DNA of 64,000 bases from Chloroflexota bacterium (GCA_022574675.1 JACZRO010000002.1:8529-72528); one strand, 5' to 3'. Positions 37,516-48,500 are shown, counted from the stretch's first letter. Notes: generated by a model not told the origin, from the sequence alone. Numbers and translations are program-made.

Positions 37516-39273
37516 CTAACCCTCCAGCGCGACTTTGACCGCCTGGACGCCTTCGGACAGCGGCGCCATCGTGATCTCATCACTGTCACGACGCTTCAAC
37601 TCGATCTCGCCGTTGCGTAGTCCGCGCGCGCTTACGACCACCCGCAACGGCAGGCCTATCAGGTCGGCGTCGTTGAACTTCACACCCGGCGGCTCGTCCC
37701 TGTCGTCGAACAGCACTTCCACTCCGGCAGAAACCAGTTCGTCGTAGAACTTATCGGCGGCCGTGACGACCGTCTCGTCGTTGGTGTTCAGCCGCGCCAG
37801 GTACACCTCGTACGGCGCGATGGCGCGCGGCAGGATCATCCCTTTGTCGTCGTGGTTCGCCTCCACCGTCGCCGCCAGAAGCCGGCCGATGCCGATGCCG
37901 TAACACCCCATTATGGCCAGCTTCTCGCTGCCGTCCTCGTCGATAAAGGTGGCGCCCATCGACTCGGAGTACCTCGTGCCGAGCTTGAAGATGTGGCCCA
38001 CCTCCACGCCCCGGTGCTCGACGAGATGGCCGTTGCAATCATTCGGGCATGCGTCGCCGGCGCGCGCCATCGCAATGTCCGCCACAACGTCTGCAGAGAA
38101 ATCACGGCCGTAGTTGCCGTTCTTCAGGTGGTAGTCGGTCCGGTTGGCGCCGGCGACCAGGTTCGGGGAGTCCACGAGCGAGTCGTCGGCGATGCTCGTT
38201 ATACGGGCGCGTGAGCGCGGCCCGTTCTCATCGTCCAGCCCGATGGCGGACGCAGAGCCAGCGACTATTCCCGCCGCAGCGACCTCTTCCGGGGTGGCAA
38301 AACGCAGCTCGGCTCCGCCCATAGAGTTGCGCAGCTTCGTCTCGTTCACCTCAAGGTCGCCGCGAATCGAGACGAACACGATCTCGCCGCCCGCGGATGT
38401 TTCAGAGGGCGTCTCCGGCGTGTAGAAAACGGCCTTCACCGTCTTGCTGACCGGCACCCCGACAAACTCGGCCAGGGCCTCTATCGTCTTGATGCCCGGC
38501 GTATGTACCTCTTCCAGCTCGCGGGGTTCTTCAGGTTCTGCGGCGGGTTTCTTGAACTCCGCCTTCTCGGCGTTGGCGGCGTAACCGCAGTTCTCGTCGC
38601 TGCACACGAAGATCGTGTCCTCGCCGGAATCGGCCAGCAGCACGAACTCGTTCGAGTCCTTGCCGCCTATCGGCCCGCTGTCCGCCTCGACCATCCTGAC
38701 GTCGATGCCGACGCGGCTGAAGATGCGGCGGTAGGCGTCCGCCATCTCCCGGAAGCTGACGTCCAGCCCCTCTTCATCCTTGTCGAACGAGTAAGCGTCC
38801 TTCATCTCGAACTCACGCACACGCAACAGCCCGGCGCGCGGCCGTGCCTCGTCACGAAACTTCGTCTGTATCTGGTACAGGTTGAACGGCAGGTCGCGGT
38901 AGCTTTCCAGGTTGGCGGCCACCATCAACGTCGTCGTCTCCTCGTGCGTGGGAGCGATGATCATCTTGCGGCCACGGCGGTCGGTCAGCGTCGCCAGCGG
39001 CGGCTGGAACGTGTCTGCCCGGCCGGACTGCTCCCACAGCTCACGCGGCTGTACGACCGGCATCGACACTTCCTGCGCTCCGGTCCGGTTCATCTCCTCT
39101 CGGATGATGTTGGAGATCTTCGTCAGGCTGCGCCAGCCAAGCGGCAGGTAGCTGTAGATTCCGGCGGCGACCTGCTGCACGAACCCGGCGCGCGTCAGGT
39201 ACTTGTGCGACGCCGTCTCGGCGTCGGCAGGCGCCTGGCGCAGGGTTTTTCCGAACGAGCGGCTCAGGCGCAT
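37516..39273 (-). CDS. proS: Proline--tRNA ligase (bacterial type with editing insertion)
   Basis: YLTRAGFVQQVAAGIYSYLPLGWR, FRDEARPRAGLLRVREFEMKDAYSF, GCYGIGIGR. Confidence 0.95.
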   Translation of the reverse strand: MRLSRSFGKTLRQAPADAETASHKYLTRAGFVQQVAAGIYSYLPLGWRSLTKISNIIREEMNRTGAQEVSMPVVQPRELWEQSGRADTFQPPLATLTDRRGRKMIIAPTHEETTTLMVAANLESYRDLPFNLYQIQTKFRDEARPRAGLLRVREFEMKDAYSFDKDEEGLDVSFREMADAYRRIFSRVGIDVRMVEADSGPIGGKDSNEFVLLADSGEDTIFVCSDENCGYAANAEKAEFKKPAAEPEEPRELEEVHTPGIKTIEALAEFVGVPVSKTVKAVFYTPETPSETSAGGEIVFVSIRGDLEVNETKLRNSMGGAELRFATPEEVAAAGIVAGSASAIGLDDENGPRSRARITSIADDSLVDSPNLVAGANRTDYHLKNGNYGRDFSADVVADIAMARAGDACPNDCNGHLVEHRGVEVGHIFKLGTRYSESMGATFIDEDGSEKLAIMGCYGIGIGRLLAATVEANHDDKGMILPRAIAPYEVYLARLNTNDETVVTAADKFYDELVSAGVEVLFDDRDEPPGVKFNDADLIGLPLRVVVSARGLRNGEIELKRRDSDEITMAPLSEGVQAVKVALEG

Positions 39274-39427
39274 TGGGGCGGGCCTTTTCGTGTGATGGGC
39301 GGGGACGCGCGTCGTCAGATCGAGACGAGTAGTTTAGCGGCGCGTCACATTATCGGAGCAGACACCGGATGTCCCGCCACCGTATCCCGACCCGGCCGGT
39401 CCGAGTGCAGCGGGCGGCTCCCAACCT

Positions 39428-40552
39428 TCAGCCTCGGCGTACCTCGGCCATCAGGGCTTCGAGCATTTCGGACTCCGGGACGGTCCTCACCTTCTTTCCC
39501 TTGCGGAAGATGACGGCGCGCCCGTTCCCGCCGGCGATGCCGATATCGGCGTCCTTGGCCTCGCCCGGGCCGTTGACCTCGCAGCCCATGACGGCGACCT
39601 TCAGGTCCGTCTTCACGCCCTTGAGGGCTTCGTCGACCTCTGCCGCCAGCTTCAGGACGTCTACATCGGCGCGACCGCAGCTCGGGCACGCGATGAGCGT
39701 CGGGCCGTGCGAACGCAGGTTGAGCGACTTCAGGATCTCGAATCCGGTTTTGACTTCCTCCCGCGAGTCGCCCGCCAGCGAGACGCGGATGGTGTCTCCA
39801 ATTCCTTCAGCGAGGAGGATGCCCAGGCCCACTGCGCTGCGAATGCCGCCGCTGAACGGGGTGCCGGCCTCTGTAATGCCCAGGTGGAACGGGTACGGGA
39901 CGAGCGGAGCGAGCTTCCGGTAGGCGTCGACGGTGGTCGGCACGTCAAAGGCCTTCAACGAGATCTTGATGTCGTCGAAGTCGAGCGCTTCGAGGATGCC
40001 GATCTCCCACAGCGCCGTGGCGACCATGTGATCGGCGACCGAGTACCCGCCGTCGTTAAATCTGGCGTCGCCGGACTTGGCGAGCTCGTTGACGCCGTCC
40101 TGCAGTCGAGAGCCGCCGCGCGCCATGCCGATCTTTCCGACCGGCGGGAGGCTGCCGAAGTTGACGCCGACGCGGATCGGAATCGCAGCCTTCCTGGCCG
40201 CTCCTACCACTTCCCGGACCTTCGCCTCGTCACGGATGTTGCCGGGGTTGAGGCGGAGCATGTCCACCCCTTGCCGTACCGCCTCAATTGCGAGTTCGTG
40301 GTGAAAGTGGATATCGGCGACAAGGGGGATGCCGATGCGGCGCTTTATCTGACCCAGCGCCTCCGCTGCGACCATGTCCGGTACGGCCACGCGGATGATC
40401 TCGCAGCCGACCGCTTCCAGTCCTGCGATCTCGGAGACGGTCGCCTCGATGTCCCGCGTGTCGCCTGTCGTCATCGACTGCACGACGATCGGGTTGTTGC
40501 GGCCGCCGATCTTGACGCCGCCAATCAGGACCTCTCGCGTTGCGCGCTTCAT
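39428..40552 (-). CDS. ispG: 4-hydroxy-3-methylbut-2-en-1-yl diphosphate synthase
   Basis: IVVQSMTTGDTRD, LGITEAG, CPSCGR, VAVMGCEVNGPGE. Confidence 0.95.
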   Translation of the reverse strand: MKRATREVLIGGVKIGGRNNPIVVQSMTTGDTRDIEATVSEIAGLEAVGCEIIRVAVPDMVAAEALGQIKRRIGIPLVADIHFHHELAIEAVRQGVDMLRLNPGNIRDEAKVREVVGAARKAAIPIRVGVNFGSLPPVGKIGMARGGSRLQDGVNELAKSGDARFNDGGYSVADHMVATALWEIGILEALDFDDIKISLKAFDVPTTVDAYRKLAPLVPYPFHLGITEAGTPFSGGIRSAVGLGILLAEGIGDTIRVSLAGDSREEVKTGFEILKSLNLRSHGPTLIACPSCGRADVDVLKLAAEVDEALKGVKTDLKVAVMGCEVNGPGEAKDADIGIAGGNGRAVIFRKGKKVRTVPESEMLEALMAEVRRG

Positions 40553-40616
40553 GCCCCGGCCCCTGCGCCCGCGGGCGACGCGGTCCGCCAGATTGAACGG
40601 CTTTCGGAAATGATCA

Positions 40617-42398
40617 TCAGAAGAAGCTTTCGCCGCGGAAGATACGCATCACGTCCTGAACGCTAATCAGGGCCATGAGACCGAGCAGCATAAGTATGCC
40701 CGCCAAATGCACTATCGCCTCGCGCTCCGGCGAGATCCGCTTGCCACGGCGAACCCACTCGATCGCGACAAAGAGCAGGCGGCCGCCGTCCAGCCCGGGC
40801 AACGGGAGGATGTTGATCACGGCCAGGCTCAGGCTGATCGTCGCCGCCAGTACCGCGAACGTCCTGAGCTTCGTGATGATCGGAGCGTCAGCCGTCGCTA
40901 TCTCGCCCGTGAGTTGTCCGATGCCGATCGGGCCGACCGTGGCGGGACCGCTCAACTGAGGGTTGTTTGAAGACTGGATCAGTCCCGATATCGAGTTCTT
41001 GGTCAGCAGGATAAGGTTCCGGACCTCACCGAACGAGCCGATAAAGGCGTCCCACGGGTTTTCGCCGAAGCGCTTCGTTCTGGGGTTTTCGGTACGGATC
41101 TGGATTCCGACGGAACCGTCCTTGATGGAGGTGCTGAGTCCGAGGGAGAAGTCGTGACGACGCGCGTCGGCGAAAGCTATCTGGCTGGTCGGGTCGGTCA
41201 CGCGCGCCACCACCAGCAGTACCTGGCCGACCTGTATGCGCACGTCCAACTGGCGAGCGTCGGCGATGGAAATTTCCTCGCTGGCGTCCGATACCACCCG
41301 TACAACGCGGAGCCTGTCGTTTACTCCGGCGGTCGGGTCAAGCAGCCGCGCCTCGGCAAGAAGGAGCTGGTTATCCGGGTCGGTGACCACAAACACCACG
41401 TCACGCTCCGGCACCTGGAAGCGCGGGCTCAGCGAAACCTGCCTGTCCCGTCCCTCCAGGTACTGGAACGCCGGGCCGCCCAGCATAGGCGCCGGGTCAG
41501 GTATCCCGGGCCGCACTACCCAGTTGCTGTTGCCGCCGAGCTTCAACATGATGGCCCGCTGGAGGTCGTTCAGATCGTCGATCTCGCGGCCATCCACCTG
41601 CAGAATCCGGTCGCCGACGCGGAGGCCGGCATGGTCGGCCGGTGAATCGGGGTAGACGGCGGTAATGGTGACGTCTCCCACCGTTCGCGTCTGCGGGAGC
41701 ATCAAGACGGCCATGAACAGGAAGATCGGGAGGACGGCGTTGACCGCCGCGCCCGATGCGAGAACCAGCACCCGGGCGGCGCGGGACTTGCTGGCCAGGC
41801 TGTTGTCGGCCTCCGGGTCTTCTTCGCCAACCATCTTCACGAAGCCACCCAGCGGCAGCCAGTTGATCGACCACACCATCTCCGAAATGGTGATGCTGTC
41901 TATCCCCACCTCTCGAAGCTTGCCGTTGATCAGATCACCATCCACCGCGTCGCCCGCGTCGGAGGCCAGCGCGTTGCGCCGCTTCTTCGGACGGACAAGC
42001 AAGGCATGGAGCGAGCCGTCGGCGCGCTTCTCGACGATGGCCTCGACCTGTGTTCCCGTTTGAAGCAGGGCAAGTCTCGGGTCGGCGGAGTCGGACGGCG
42101 CATCGCGCAGGTCGGCCACATCCCCGACTTTCCAGGGGACCGACGCTGACGGGACCGGCGAGTGTGTCAGGGATTCGAGTTCTTCAAATCCATCGAAAAT
42201 CGTATCGTCCGTGACCGCAACTTCGGTCCGTCCGGTCCAGATGCCGGTGGCGCGCGGCGGAAACCCGAACCCGAACTCAACGACCTTGGTGCCGGTCCAC
42301 TTCGCGGTGAAGAAGTGGCCCAGCTCGTGGAAGATGATCAGCGGGCCCAGGACGATCAGGAACGTCAGGATGCCGAATATGAACGTGTCGGGAATCAT
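40617..42398 (-). CDS. rseP: Site-2 (M50) RIP metalloprotease RseP-like, unusually long (593 aa)
   Basis: HELGHFF, LPLGGFVKM, PDZ (GLRVGDRILQVDG), NILPLPGLDGG. Confidence 0.85.
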   Translation of the reverse strand: MIPDTFIFGILTFLIVLGPLIIFHELGHFFTAKWTGTKVVEFGFGFPPRATGIWTGRTEVAVTDDTIFDGFEELESLTHSPVPSASVPWKVGDVADLRDAPSDSADPRLALLQTGTQVEAIVEKRADGSLHALLVRPKKRRNALASDAGDAVDGDLINGKLREVGIDSITISEMVWSINWLPLGGFVKMVGEEDPEADNSLASKSRAARVLVLASGAAVNAVLPIFLFMAVLMLPQTRTVGDVTITAVYPDSPADHAGLRVGDRILQVDGREIDDLNDLQRAIMLKLGGNSNWVVRPGIPDPAPMLGGPAFQYLEGRDRQVSLSPRFQVPERDVVFVVTDPDNQLLLAEARLLDPTAGVNDRLRVVRVVSDASEEISIADARQLDVRIQVGQVLLVVARVTDPTSQIAFADARRHDFSLGLSTSIKDGSVGIQIRTENPRTKRFGENPWDAFIGSFGEVRNLILLTKNSISGLIQSSNNPQLSGPATVGPIGIGQLTGEIATADAPIITKLRTFAVLAATISLSLAVINILPLPGLDGGRLLFVAIEWVRRGKRISPEREAIVHLAGILMLLGLMALISVQDVMRIFRGESFF

Positions 42399-42419
42399 GA
42401 GGCTGAGATCGTGCGCCTA

Positions 42420-43577
42420 TCAGACGCCCTTGAACACCGGGACAGCCGACCGGACGCGCCGGGCCGTTTCCGCCACCGCCTCCATGATCTGACGCAGTGA
42501 AGGTTCCATTATCGGTTGATGGTCGCGTAGGCCCCGCTCTATCACCGGGCCGATATCCGTGAACCCGATCTTCCCGGCAAGGAATAGCTCGACGGCGGCC
42601 TCGTCCGCGCCTACCAGGGCGGCCCGCCACGTCCCGCCGCGACGCCCGACGTCAAGGGCCAGGTTGAAGCAGGGATACAGCGAGGTGTCCAGCTTTTCGA
42701 AGGTCAGGTTCCCAACCTCGACCGGATCGAACCTGGGCAGGTTCACGTTCTCTACGCGGTCCGGGTGCGTGAGGGCGCACTGGATCGGGTATCTCAAATC
42801 CGGCGGTCCCAGTTGCGCTTTCACCGAGCCGTCCTGGAACTCGACCATTGAATGGATGATGCTCTGCTTGTGCATCACCACGTCGATCTGCTCGTACGGC
42901 ATGTCGAACAGCCAGTGCGCCTCGATCACCTCAAGGGCCTTATTGATCAGGGTCGCGGAGTCGATGGTGATCTTCCGGCCCATCTGCCATGTCGGGTGTT
43001 CCAGCGCCTCTTCCGGGGACACGGAACGCAGAGCATCCCACGAGCGGTCTCGGAACGCACCCCCGGACGCGGTGATGATGAGCCGTCTGGGCGGCTGTAG
43101 TTCCCCCCGGAGGCACTGCCAGATGGCAGAAGGCTCGCTATCGACCGGGAGGATCTCTGTGCCGCCATGTTTCGCGGCGTCCCGGAGGTGCTCGCCGGCC
43201 ATCACGACCAGCTCCTTGTTGGCCAGTGCGACCGGGATCCCCGCCCGGAGTGCGGCGATCGCAGGCTCCAGGGCGTCGGCTCCAGACATCGCCGCCACCA
43301 CCAGGTCCACGTCGTTCAGCGTAGCGAGTTCGATCAGGGAAGCCGGGCGACAGTCTGCGCAGTTCACCGGCTCGCGCCCATCTGCGGTGTAGTAGCGGTA
43401 CGGCCTGAACTCGGCGATCTGCGATGACAGAAGGTCAACGTTGCGGCCCGCCGCCAGGCCAAGGACCTGGAACCGGTCGGGAAAGGTGCGGATGACGTCG
43501 AGCGTCTGGGTTCCGACCGACCCTGTCGAGCCGAGCAGCACGACGCGCTTGGGGGACCGTTTCAAGTGGCGCTCCAT
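42420..43577 (-). CDS. dxr: 1-deoxy-D-xylulose 5-phosphate reductoisomerase
   Basis: [33 protein letters not shown]. Confidence 0.95.
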   Translation of the reverse strand: MERHLKRSPKRVVLLGSTGSVGTQTLDVIRTFPDRFQVLGLAAGRNVDLLSSQIAEFRPYRYYTADGREPVNCADCRPASLIELATLNDVDLVVAAMSGADALEPAIAALRAGIPVALANKELVVMAGEHLRDAAKHGGTEILPVDSEPSAIWQCLRGELQPPRRLIITASGGAFRDRSWDALRSVSPEEALEHPTWQMGRKITIDSATLINKALEVIEAHWLFDMPYEQIDVVMHKQSIIHSMVEFQDGSVKAQLGPPDLRYPIQCALTHPDRVENVNLPRFDPVEVGNLTFEKLDTSLYPCFNLALDVGRRGGTWRAALVGADEAAVELFLAGKIGFTDIGPVIERGLRDHQPIMEPSLRQIMEAVAETARRVRSAVPVFKGV

Positions 43578-44362
43578 TCGGAGACCCAGTATACGATGAC
43601 CAGGTTCGGCATCAGTGAATCCAGCCTGTCCAGTATTCCGCCGTGACCGGGGAGCAGGAACCCGGAGTCTTTCACCCCGGCATGCCGCTTGAATATCGAT
43701 TCACCGAGGTCTCCCAGAGTGCCTGCGGTGGCCATCACAATTCCAAGTACGACGGCCATCCCGGACGCGATCTCGAGATCAAACACCGCGTCGATGACCA
43801 CGGCGGCAAGGGCGCCGCCCGCCATGCCGCCGATCATGCCCTCCCACGTCTTGCTCGGGCTGATTCGCGGGGCCAGCCTGTGCCGGCCGGCCACCATCCC
43901 GGCCAGCATGGCCGCGGAGTCGGCGGCGAAGGTCACGATGAGCGTGAGCAACAGCCACCAGGCGCCGTCATCTACAGAACGCAGGATCGGCGCGTGGGCC
44001 AGGGTAAGCCCCACGTAAGGCCCGGCCGCGATCGCGTAAAGGAAGGCCCGCCGGTGTCCGGTCGCGAGCATGACGAGGGCCGGCGCGAAACCGACCCCGA
44101 ACGCCGCCAAGAACAAGGCCCATCCGGCCTGGCTTTCGGCGATGAGCCAGCCCGAGGCTACTATCGCTACGGGCCAGGCTAAAAAGTGCCAGTGGAACCA
44201 GCGCCGACGGCTCGTCCCGCGTGCCCGCGCCATGCTGGCCAGCTCCCACCCCCCGACGCCCGCGGCTACGAGGACGAGCACACCGACGGCCGGGGTCCCC
44301 AGCCAGAAAATGCCGATTAGCGCCGGAATACCTGCGGCCGCTGTAACCAGTCGGAGCGTCAT
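43562..44362 (-). CDS. cdsA: Phosphatidate cytidylyltransferase
   Basis: Polytopic. C-terminal signature [28 protein letters not shown]. Confidence 0.85.
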   Translation of the reverse strand: MTLRLVTAAAGIPALIGIFWLGTPAVGVLVLVAAGVGGWELASMARARGTSRRRWFHWHFLAWPVAIVASGWLIAESQAGWALFLAAFGVGFAPALVMLATGHRRAFLYAIAAGPYVGLTLAHAPILRSVDDGAWWLLLTLIVTFAADSAAMLAGMVAGRHRLAPRISPSKTWEGMIGGMAGGALAAVVIDAVFDLEIASGMAVVLGIVMATAGTLGDLGESIFKRHAGVKDSGFLLPGHGGILDRLDSLMPNLVIVYWVSEWSAT

Positions 44363-44402
44363 CTACAGATCAGGGCTAACGCGACGATGGCGCGTGACGC
44401 GC

Positions 44403-45161
44403 TCAATCGGCCGGCTCAACGCCGCCGAAGCGACGCTGGCGATGACGGTACGCATCCAGGGCGCGATCGACTTCGTCGCCGTCGAAATCAGGCCACTGCA
44501 CCGGTGTCGAATAGAACTCGGCGTAAGCCGATTGCCAGAGCAGGAAGTTGGAGATACGGAACTCGCCCCCGGTTCGGATCACCAGATCCGGATCGGGGGT
44601 GCTGCCGGTGGACAGGTGGCGAGCGATAAGCCGGTCGTCGATATCGTCCGGCGGCACCCCGTCAGCGACGATGCTCTTGATCGCAGACACGATGTCCGCC
44701 CGGCCGCCGTAGTCGAAGGCAATGGTGAGCGTCATGCGATCGTTATCGCGCGTCAGTTCCACCGCGTTGACGATCTCGCGGCTGAGTTCATCGGGGAGCC
44801 GGTCGAGGCGGCCTATGTGCAGAATCCGGACCCCGTTGCGGTGCAGTTCCTGGGCCTCCGAACGGATCACTTCCTGCAAAATCGCAAGGAGCGCAGAAAT
44901 CTCTTCGCCGGGGCGCGACCAGTTCTCGGTCGAGAAGGCGAACAGGGTTGCATACCGCACCCCCCTTTCGACGAGCCGGGAGATGACGGAGCGCACATTC
45001 TCGGTCCCGGCGCGATGGCCATCGGCGCGGGGGCGGCGGCGTTGGGACGCCCAACGACCGTTGCCGTCCATGATGATGGCGACGTGACGGGGCGTCGCGC
45101 CGTCGTCGTTGGCGGACGGCGACGGCGCACGGCCGGGCGAGGAACGCGGGGATACGGTCAC
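44403..45161 (-). CDS. uppS: Isoprenyl (undecaprenyl) diphosphate synthase
   Basis: HVAIIMDGNGRWA, FSTENWSRP, RTGGEFRISNFLLWQ. Confidence 0.95.
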   Translation of the reverse strand: MTVSPRSSPGRAPSPSANDDGATPRHVAIIMDGNGRWASQRRRPRADGHRAGTENVRSVISRLVERGVRYATLFAFSTENWSRPGEEISALLAILQEVIRSEAQELHRNGVRILHIGRLDRLPDELSREIVNAVELTRDNDRMTLTIAFDYGGRADIVSAIKSIVADGVPPDDIDDRLIARHLSTGSTPDPDLVIRTGGEFRISNFLLWQSAYAEFYSTPVQWPDFDGDEVDRALDAYRHRQRRFGGVEPAD

Positions 45162-45185
45162 AGGGAGCCTCCCGGTGATGGAGGT

Positions 45186-45743
45186 CTAAACCTCCATCAC
45201 CTCCTCCTGTTTCCGTTTGCTCGCCAGGTCGATATCGGCCACGGTTGAGTCGGTATGATCCTGAAGGGTATCAAGGGCGCGGCGAACCACGTCCTGCGAC
45301 TCCTCCCCGTCCCGCTCCATGTTTCGCAAAGACTCCTGCGCACCCCTGCGTACGTTCCGCGCCGCTACTTTCGCCTCTTCGACGCGACGCCCCATCTGAC
45401 GAACCAGGTCACGCCGGCGCTCTTCCGTGAGCGGAGGCAGGATGAGCCGGATAATGTGGCCGTCCACGTTGGGATTCATGCCGATGTCAGATGCCTGAAG
45501 TGCGCGTTCAACGGCCTGAACGGCGGTACGGTCCCAGGGCTGGATGATAAGCATGCGCGCATCGCCGACGGTGATCTGGGCGAGTTGATTGAGCGGCATC
45601 TCCAGGCCCTGGTAGTTCACCACAATGTTTTCGATGAGCCCCGGGGAAGCGCGGTTAGTGCGGTACCCGTTGAGGTCGCGCTCAAGGGCGTCTACCGCGC
45701 CCTTCATACGCCTGCGAGCATCCTCAAGGATCTCTGTGGTCAT
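45186..45743 (-). CDS. frr: Ribosome recycling factor
   Basis: 185 aa with a typical RRF sequence (...YRTNRASPGLIENIVVNYQG...PPLTEERRRDLV...). Confidence 0.95.
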   Translation of the reverse strand: MTTEILEDARRRMKGAVDALERDLNGYRTNRASPGLIENIVVNYQGLEMPLNQLAQITVGDARMLIIQPWDRTAVQAVERALQASDIGMNPNVDGHIIRLILPPLTEERRRDLVRQMGRRVEEAKVAARNVRRGAQESLRNMERDGEESQDVVRRALDTLQDHTDSTVADIDLASKRKQEEVMEV

Positions 45744-45797
45744 TCTGCCGCTCCCTTCGATTATGCCGGCCTCGTTGAGCGAACCAAGCCTGCGGCT

Positions 45798-46553
45798 CTA
45801 CCTGGTTACGGTCCTCGTCTTCTTCACAGATGCGGTCGCCTTGTCCGAGATTAGCGTGCCGATCTCTTCTCCGCGCAGTATCCGCAGCAGGTTCCCCGGC
45901 TTGAACATGTCAAACACAACGATCGGCAGCCCGTTGTCCATGCACATCGAGAGCGCGGTCGCGTCGAGCGCTCCCACGCGACGCTGAAGCGCGTCCAGGT
46001 GTGTTATGTGTCCCAGCTTCGAGGCGGAATTGTCCACGTTCGGGTCAGACGTGTAGATGGCGTCTATGTTGTTCTTGGCCATCCACAGTGCGTCGGCGTT
46101 GACCTCAAGCGCGCGCAGCGCCGCCGCGGTGTCGGTCGACATGTACGGACTGCCTGTGCCGCCGGCGAATATCACCAGGCGGCCCTTTTCAAAGTGCCGG
46201 ATGGCGCGCCGCCGGATGTAAGGCTCGGCGACCGCAGACATGCTGATCGCGGTCTGGGTACGCACCTCATGCCCGGTGCGTTCCAGTGCGTCCTGCAGGG
46301 CCAGGGAGTTGATGATCGTGGCGAGCATTCCAGCGCTGTCGGCGGTGGAACGGTCCATTCCCGCGGCCTCGTAGTCGGCGCCGCGCCAGATGTTTCCGCC
46401 ACCTACCACGATCCCTATCTGGAGGCCGGTATCGGCCGCCTCGGCCACCTGGCCGGCGACGTAGTCAACGGCATCCGGGTCGAGACCGAATTCACGGTCC
46501 CCTTTGAGCGATTCACCGCTCAATTTGAGCAGGACACGTTTGTACGTAGTCAC
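45798..46553 (-). CDS. pyrH: UMP kinase
   Basis: YKRVLLKLSGESL, GGGNIWRG. Start set at GTG 46553, preceded by GGGAGGAG. The longer track ORF would overlap tsf. Confidence 0.9.
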   Translation of the reverse strand: MTTYKRVLLKLSGESLKGDREFGLDPDAVDYVAGQVAEAADTGLQIGIVVGGGNIWRGADYEAAGMDRSTADSAGMLATIINSLALQDALERTGHEVRTQTAISMSAVAEPYIRRRAIRHFEKGRLVIFAGGTGSPYMSTDTAAALRALEVNADALWMAKNNIDAIYTSDPNVDNSASKLGHITHLDALQRRVGALDATALSMCMDNGLPIVVFDMFKPGNLLRILRGEEIGTLISDKATASVKKTRTVTR

Positions 46554-46605
46554 TGGCTCCTCCCGGATACTGTTTCGTTTTGCCCGAACGGGCTCGAACT
46601 GAGCG

Positions 46606-47109
46606 TTACTCCCCGAGCTCGTAGCGGACGAACCTGCCAACGTGGACATTTTCGCCGGTCCTGGCAGCCAGGTCCTTGACCAGGTCACCGATGGTCTGGC
46701 CCGGGTCCCGGATGTAGGCCTGCTCCATCAACAGATCTTCGTTCGGGATGTCTCCGGCATCGTCCGGGACGGATCCCCGGTCGACGTATTTCGGGCTCAT
46801 CGCCGCCACCTGCATGGCGAGCTCTTTCGCAAGGTGTGTGAATTCGTCCGTCCGGGCGACGAAGTCCGTCTCGGATGAGAGCTGGACGAGAGCGCCGACG
46901 CGGTTCCCGCTGTGGATGTAACTCTCGATAACGCCTTCTGAGGTCTCGCGGCCGGCGCGTCGGGCGACGGATGCCAGACCCTTCTCCCGAAGGACTTCGA
47001 CGGCCTTGGCCTCGTCGCCGTCCACTTCTACAAGCGCGCGCTTCGAGTCCATGATCCCGGCTCCGGTCATGTCCCGGAGCGACTTGACCATTGCCACTGT
47101 GATGTCCAA
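46606..47109 (-). CDS. tsf: Elongation factor Ts (short form)
   Basis: VKSLRDMTGAGIMDSKRAL..., ETDFVARTDEF. Confidence 0.9.
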   Translation of the reverse strand: MDITVAMVKSLRDMTGAGIMDSKRALVEVDGDEAKAVEVLREKGLASVARRAGRETSEGVIESYIHSGNRVGALVQLSSETDFVARTDEFTHLAKELAMQVAAMSPKYVDRGSVPDDAGDIPNEDLLMEQAYIRDPGQTIGDLVKDLAARTGENVHVGRFVRYELGE

Positions 47110-47204
47110 GTGTCCTGCATCCCCTGTCGCCAGTGTTTCCTGCTTTGATTTTTTATCGTCCCGGGCGAACCCGTAATCGGTTTCGCGGGGCAGGCGCCGA
47201 TTGA

Positions 47205-48500
47205 TTACCCGTCCGTTTTCTCTTCCGCGGCCTCGTCAGATCCCTCGTCATCAGACGCATCATCAGAGGACGTCTCGCCGGACGCCTCGTCATCAGATTC
47301 GTCATCGGAGGAAGCGTCCGTTGTTTCGGCTGAGGCCTCAGGCGCTTCGCCATCGGCGTCCGCGGCCGGGGTCTTGTCCTCGGCAGCTTCTGTAGCAGCT
47401 TCCGGTTCCTCGGACGCGACCTCCTCGGTGGGCGCCTCTGCCGTGCTCTCCTCGGTTTTCGCGTCGGCCGGCTCAGCCTTGGCCTCTGCCGCGCTCTCCT
47501 CGGTTTTCGCGTCGGCCGGCTCAGCCTTGGCTTCGGTGGCGACCTCCGGCTTCTCCACTACGGCCACAGCCTCGGGCGGAGCTTCATCGGCCGACTCTTT
47601 GGTCACTTCGGCGTCGCTCGGTTCCTTTGCCAGGCCGGCGCGTGCGGCGGCGGCCTCTGCATCGCGGCGAGTCGCCTCTGCAACGGCCTGGCGGGCTGCG
47701 GCCTCTTCCTGGGCGGCGCGACGCGCTGCCTCTTCTTGTTCTTCGATCTCGGCGTTGAGGGCCATCTGCTCTGCGACCCGCGCCTGGCGCTGCTCGTTGC
47801 CCGAGATGATGGCGTCACCGATGCGCTCGGTTATGAGGCGAACACTGCGGATGGCGTCGTCGTTGGCGGGGATCATGTAGTCAATGCCGGTCGGATCGCA
47901 GTTCGTGTCAACGATGGCGACGATCGGTATCCCGAGCCGCTTCGCCTCGGCCACGGCGATATTTTCCTTGCCGATGTCGACGATGAACAGCACCTGTGGC
48001 AGCGTGGTCATCTGCTTGATGCCGCCCAGGAACTTGTTGAGGCGGACTACCTCGGTGGCCGCCTTCTGCGCCTCACGCTTGGTCGTCGCCTGGAGGGTCC
48101 CGTGCGCGATCTCGTCCTCGAGGCGCACGAGGTATTCGATCCGTTTCTGGATCGTCTGGAAGTTTGTCAACATCCCGCCGAGCCAGCGTTGGTTGACGTA
48201 CAGGGCGCTCGTGCGCTGTCCGACGTCGGCGATCGCTTCCTGCGCTTGCTTCTTGGTGCCGACGAGCATCACCTGCCCGCCTTCTGCAACCGTCTGCTCA
48301 ATAAATGCGGCTGCGACTTCAAGCCTTTCGATGGTCGTGGCGAGGTCAAAAACGTGGATCTTGTTGCGAGCCGTGAAGATGTACGGCTTCATCTTCGGGT
48401 GCCAGCGCTTGGTGGGGTGGCCGAAGTGGGCGCCGGCTTCAAGCAGCCTGCGCAATGTAATTGGCGGGCTCTGTTCCGCCTGAGCCTGTGTAGTCGTCAT
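47205..48500 (-). CDS. rpsB: 30S ribosomal protein S2 with a ~190-aa acidic low-complexity C-terminal extension
   Basis: [19 protein letters not shown]..., [25 protein letters not shown]. Start at ATG 48500 (MTTTQAQ...). Confidence 0.9.
   Translation of the reverse strand: MTTTQAQAEQSPPITLRRLLEAGAHFGHPTKRWHPKMKPYIFTARNKIHVFDLATTIERLEVAAAFIEQTVAEGGQVMLVGTKKQAQEAIADVGQRTSALYVNQRWLGGMLTNFQTIQKRIEYLVRLEDEIAHGTLQATTKREAQKAATEVVRLNKFLGGIKQMTTLPQVLFIVDIGKENIAVAEAKRLGIPIVAIVDTNCDPTGIDYMIPANDDAIRSVRLITERIGDAIISGNEQRQARVAEQMALNAEIEEQEEAARRAAQEEAAARQAVAEATRRDAEAAAARAGLAKEPSDAEVTKESADEAPPEAVAVVEKPEVATEAKAEPADAKTEESAAEAKAEPADAKTEESTAEAPTEEVASEEPEAATEAAEDKTPAADADGEAPEASAETTDASSDDESDDEASGETSSDDASDDEGSDEAAEEKTDG
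47435..47530. repeat. Direct tandem duplication, 2 x 48 bp, inside the rpsB 3' extension
   Basis: 47435..47482 and 47483..47530 differ at one position. They encode [15 protein letters not shown](A/T) twice. Confidence 0.9.

Noticed and set aside
38503-40666. Plus-strand ORFs of 336 and 319 aa.
   Set aside because: They are antisense to proS and ispG. These are shadow ORFs.
44070-45248. 392-aa plus-strand ORF.
   Set aside because: It is antisense to cdsA and uppS. This is a shadow ORF.
45798-46688. 296-aa pyrH ORF overlapping tsf by 83 nt.
   Set aside because: The conserved UMP kinase begins at YKRVLLKLSGE. GTG 46553 has a GGGAGGAG Shine-Dalgarno and removes the overlap.
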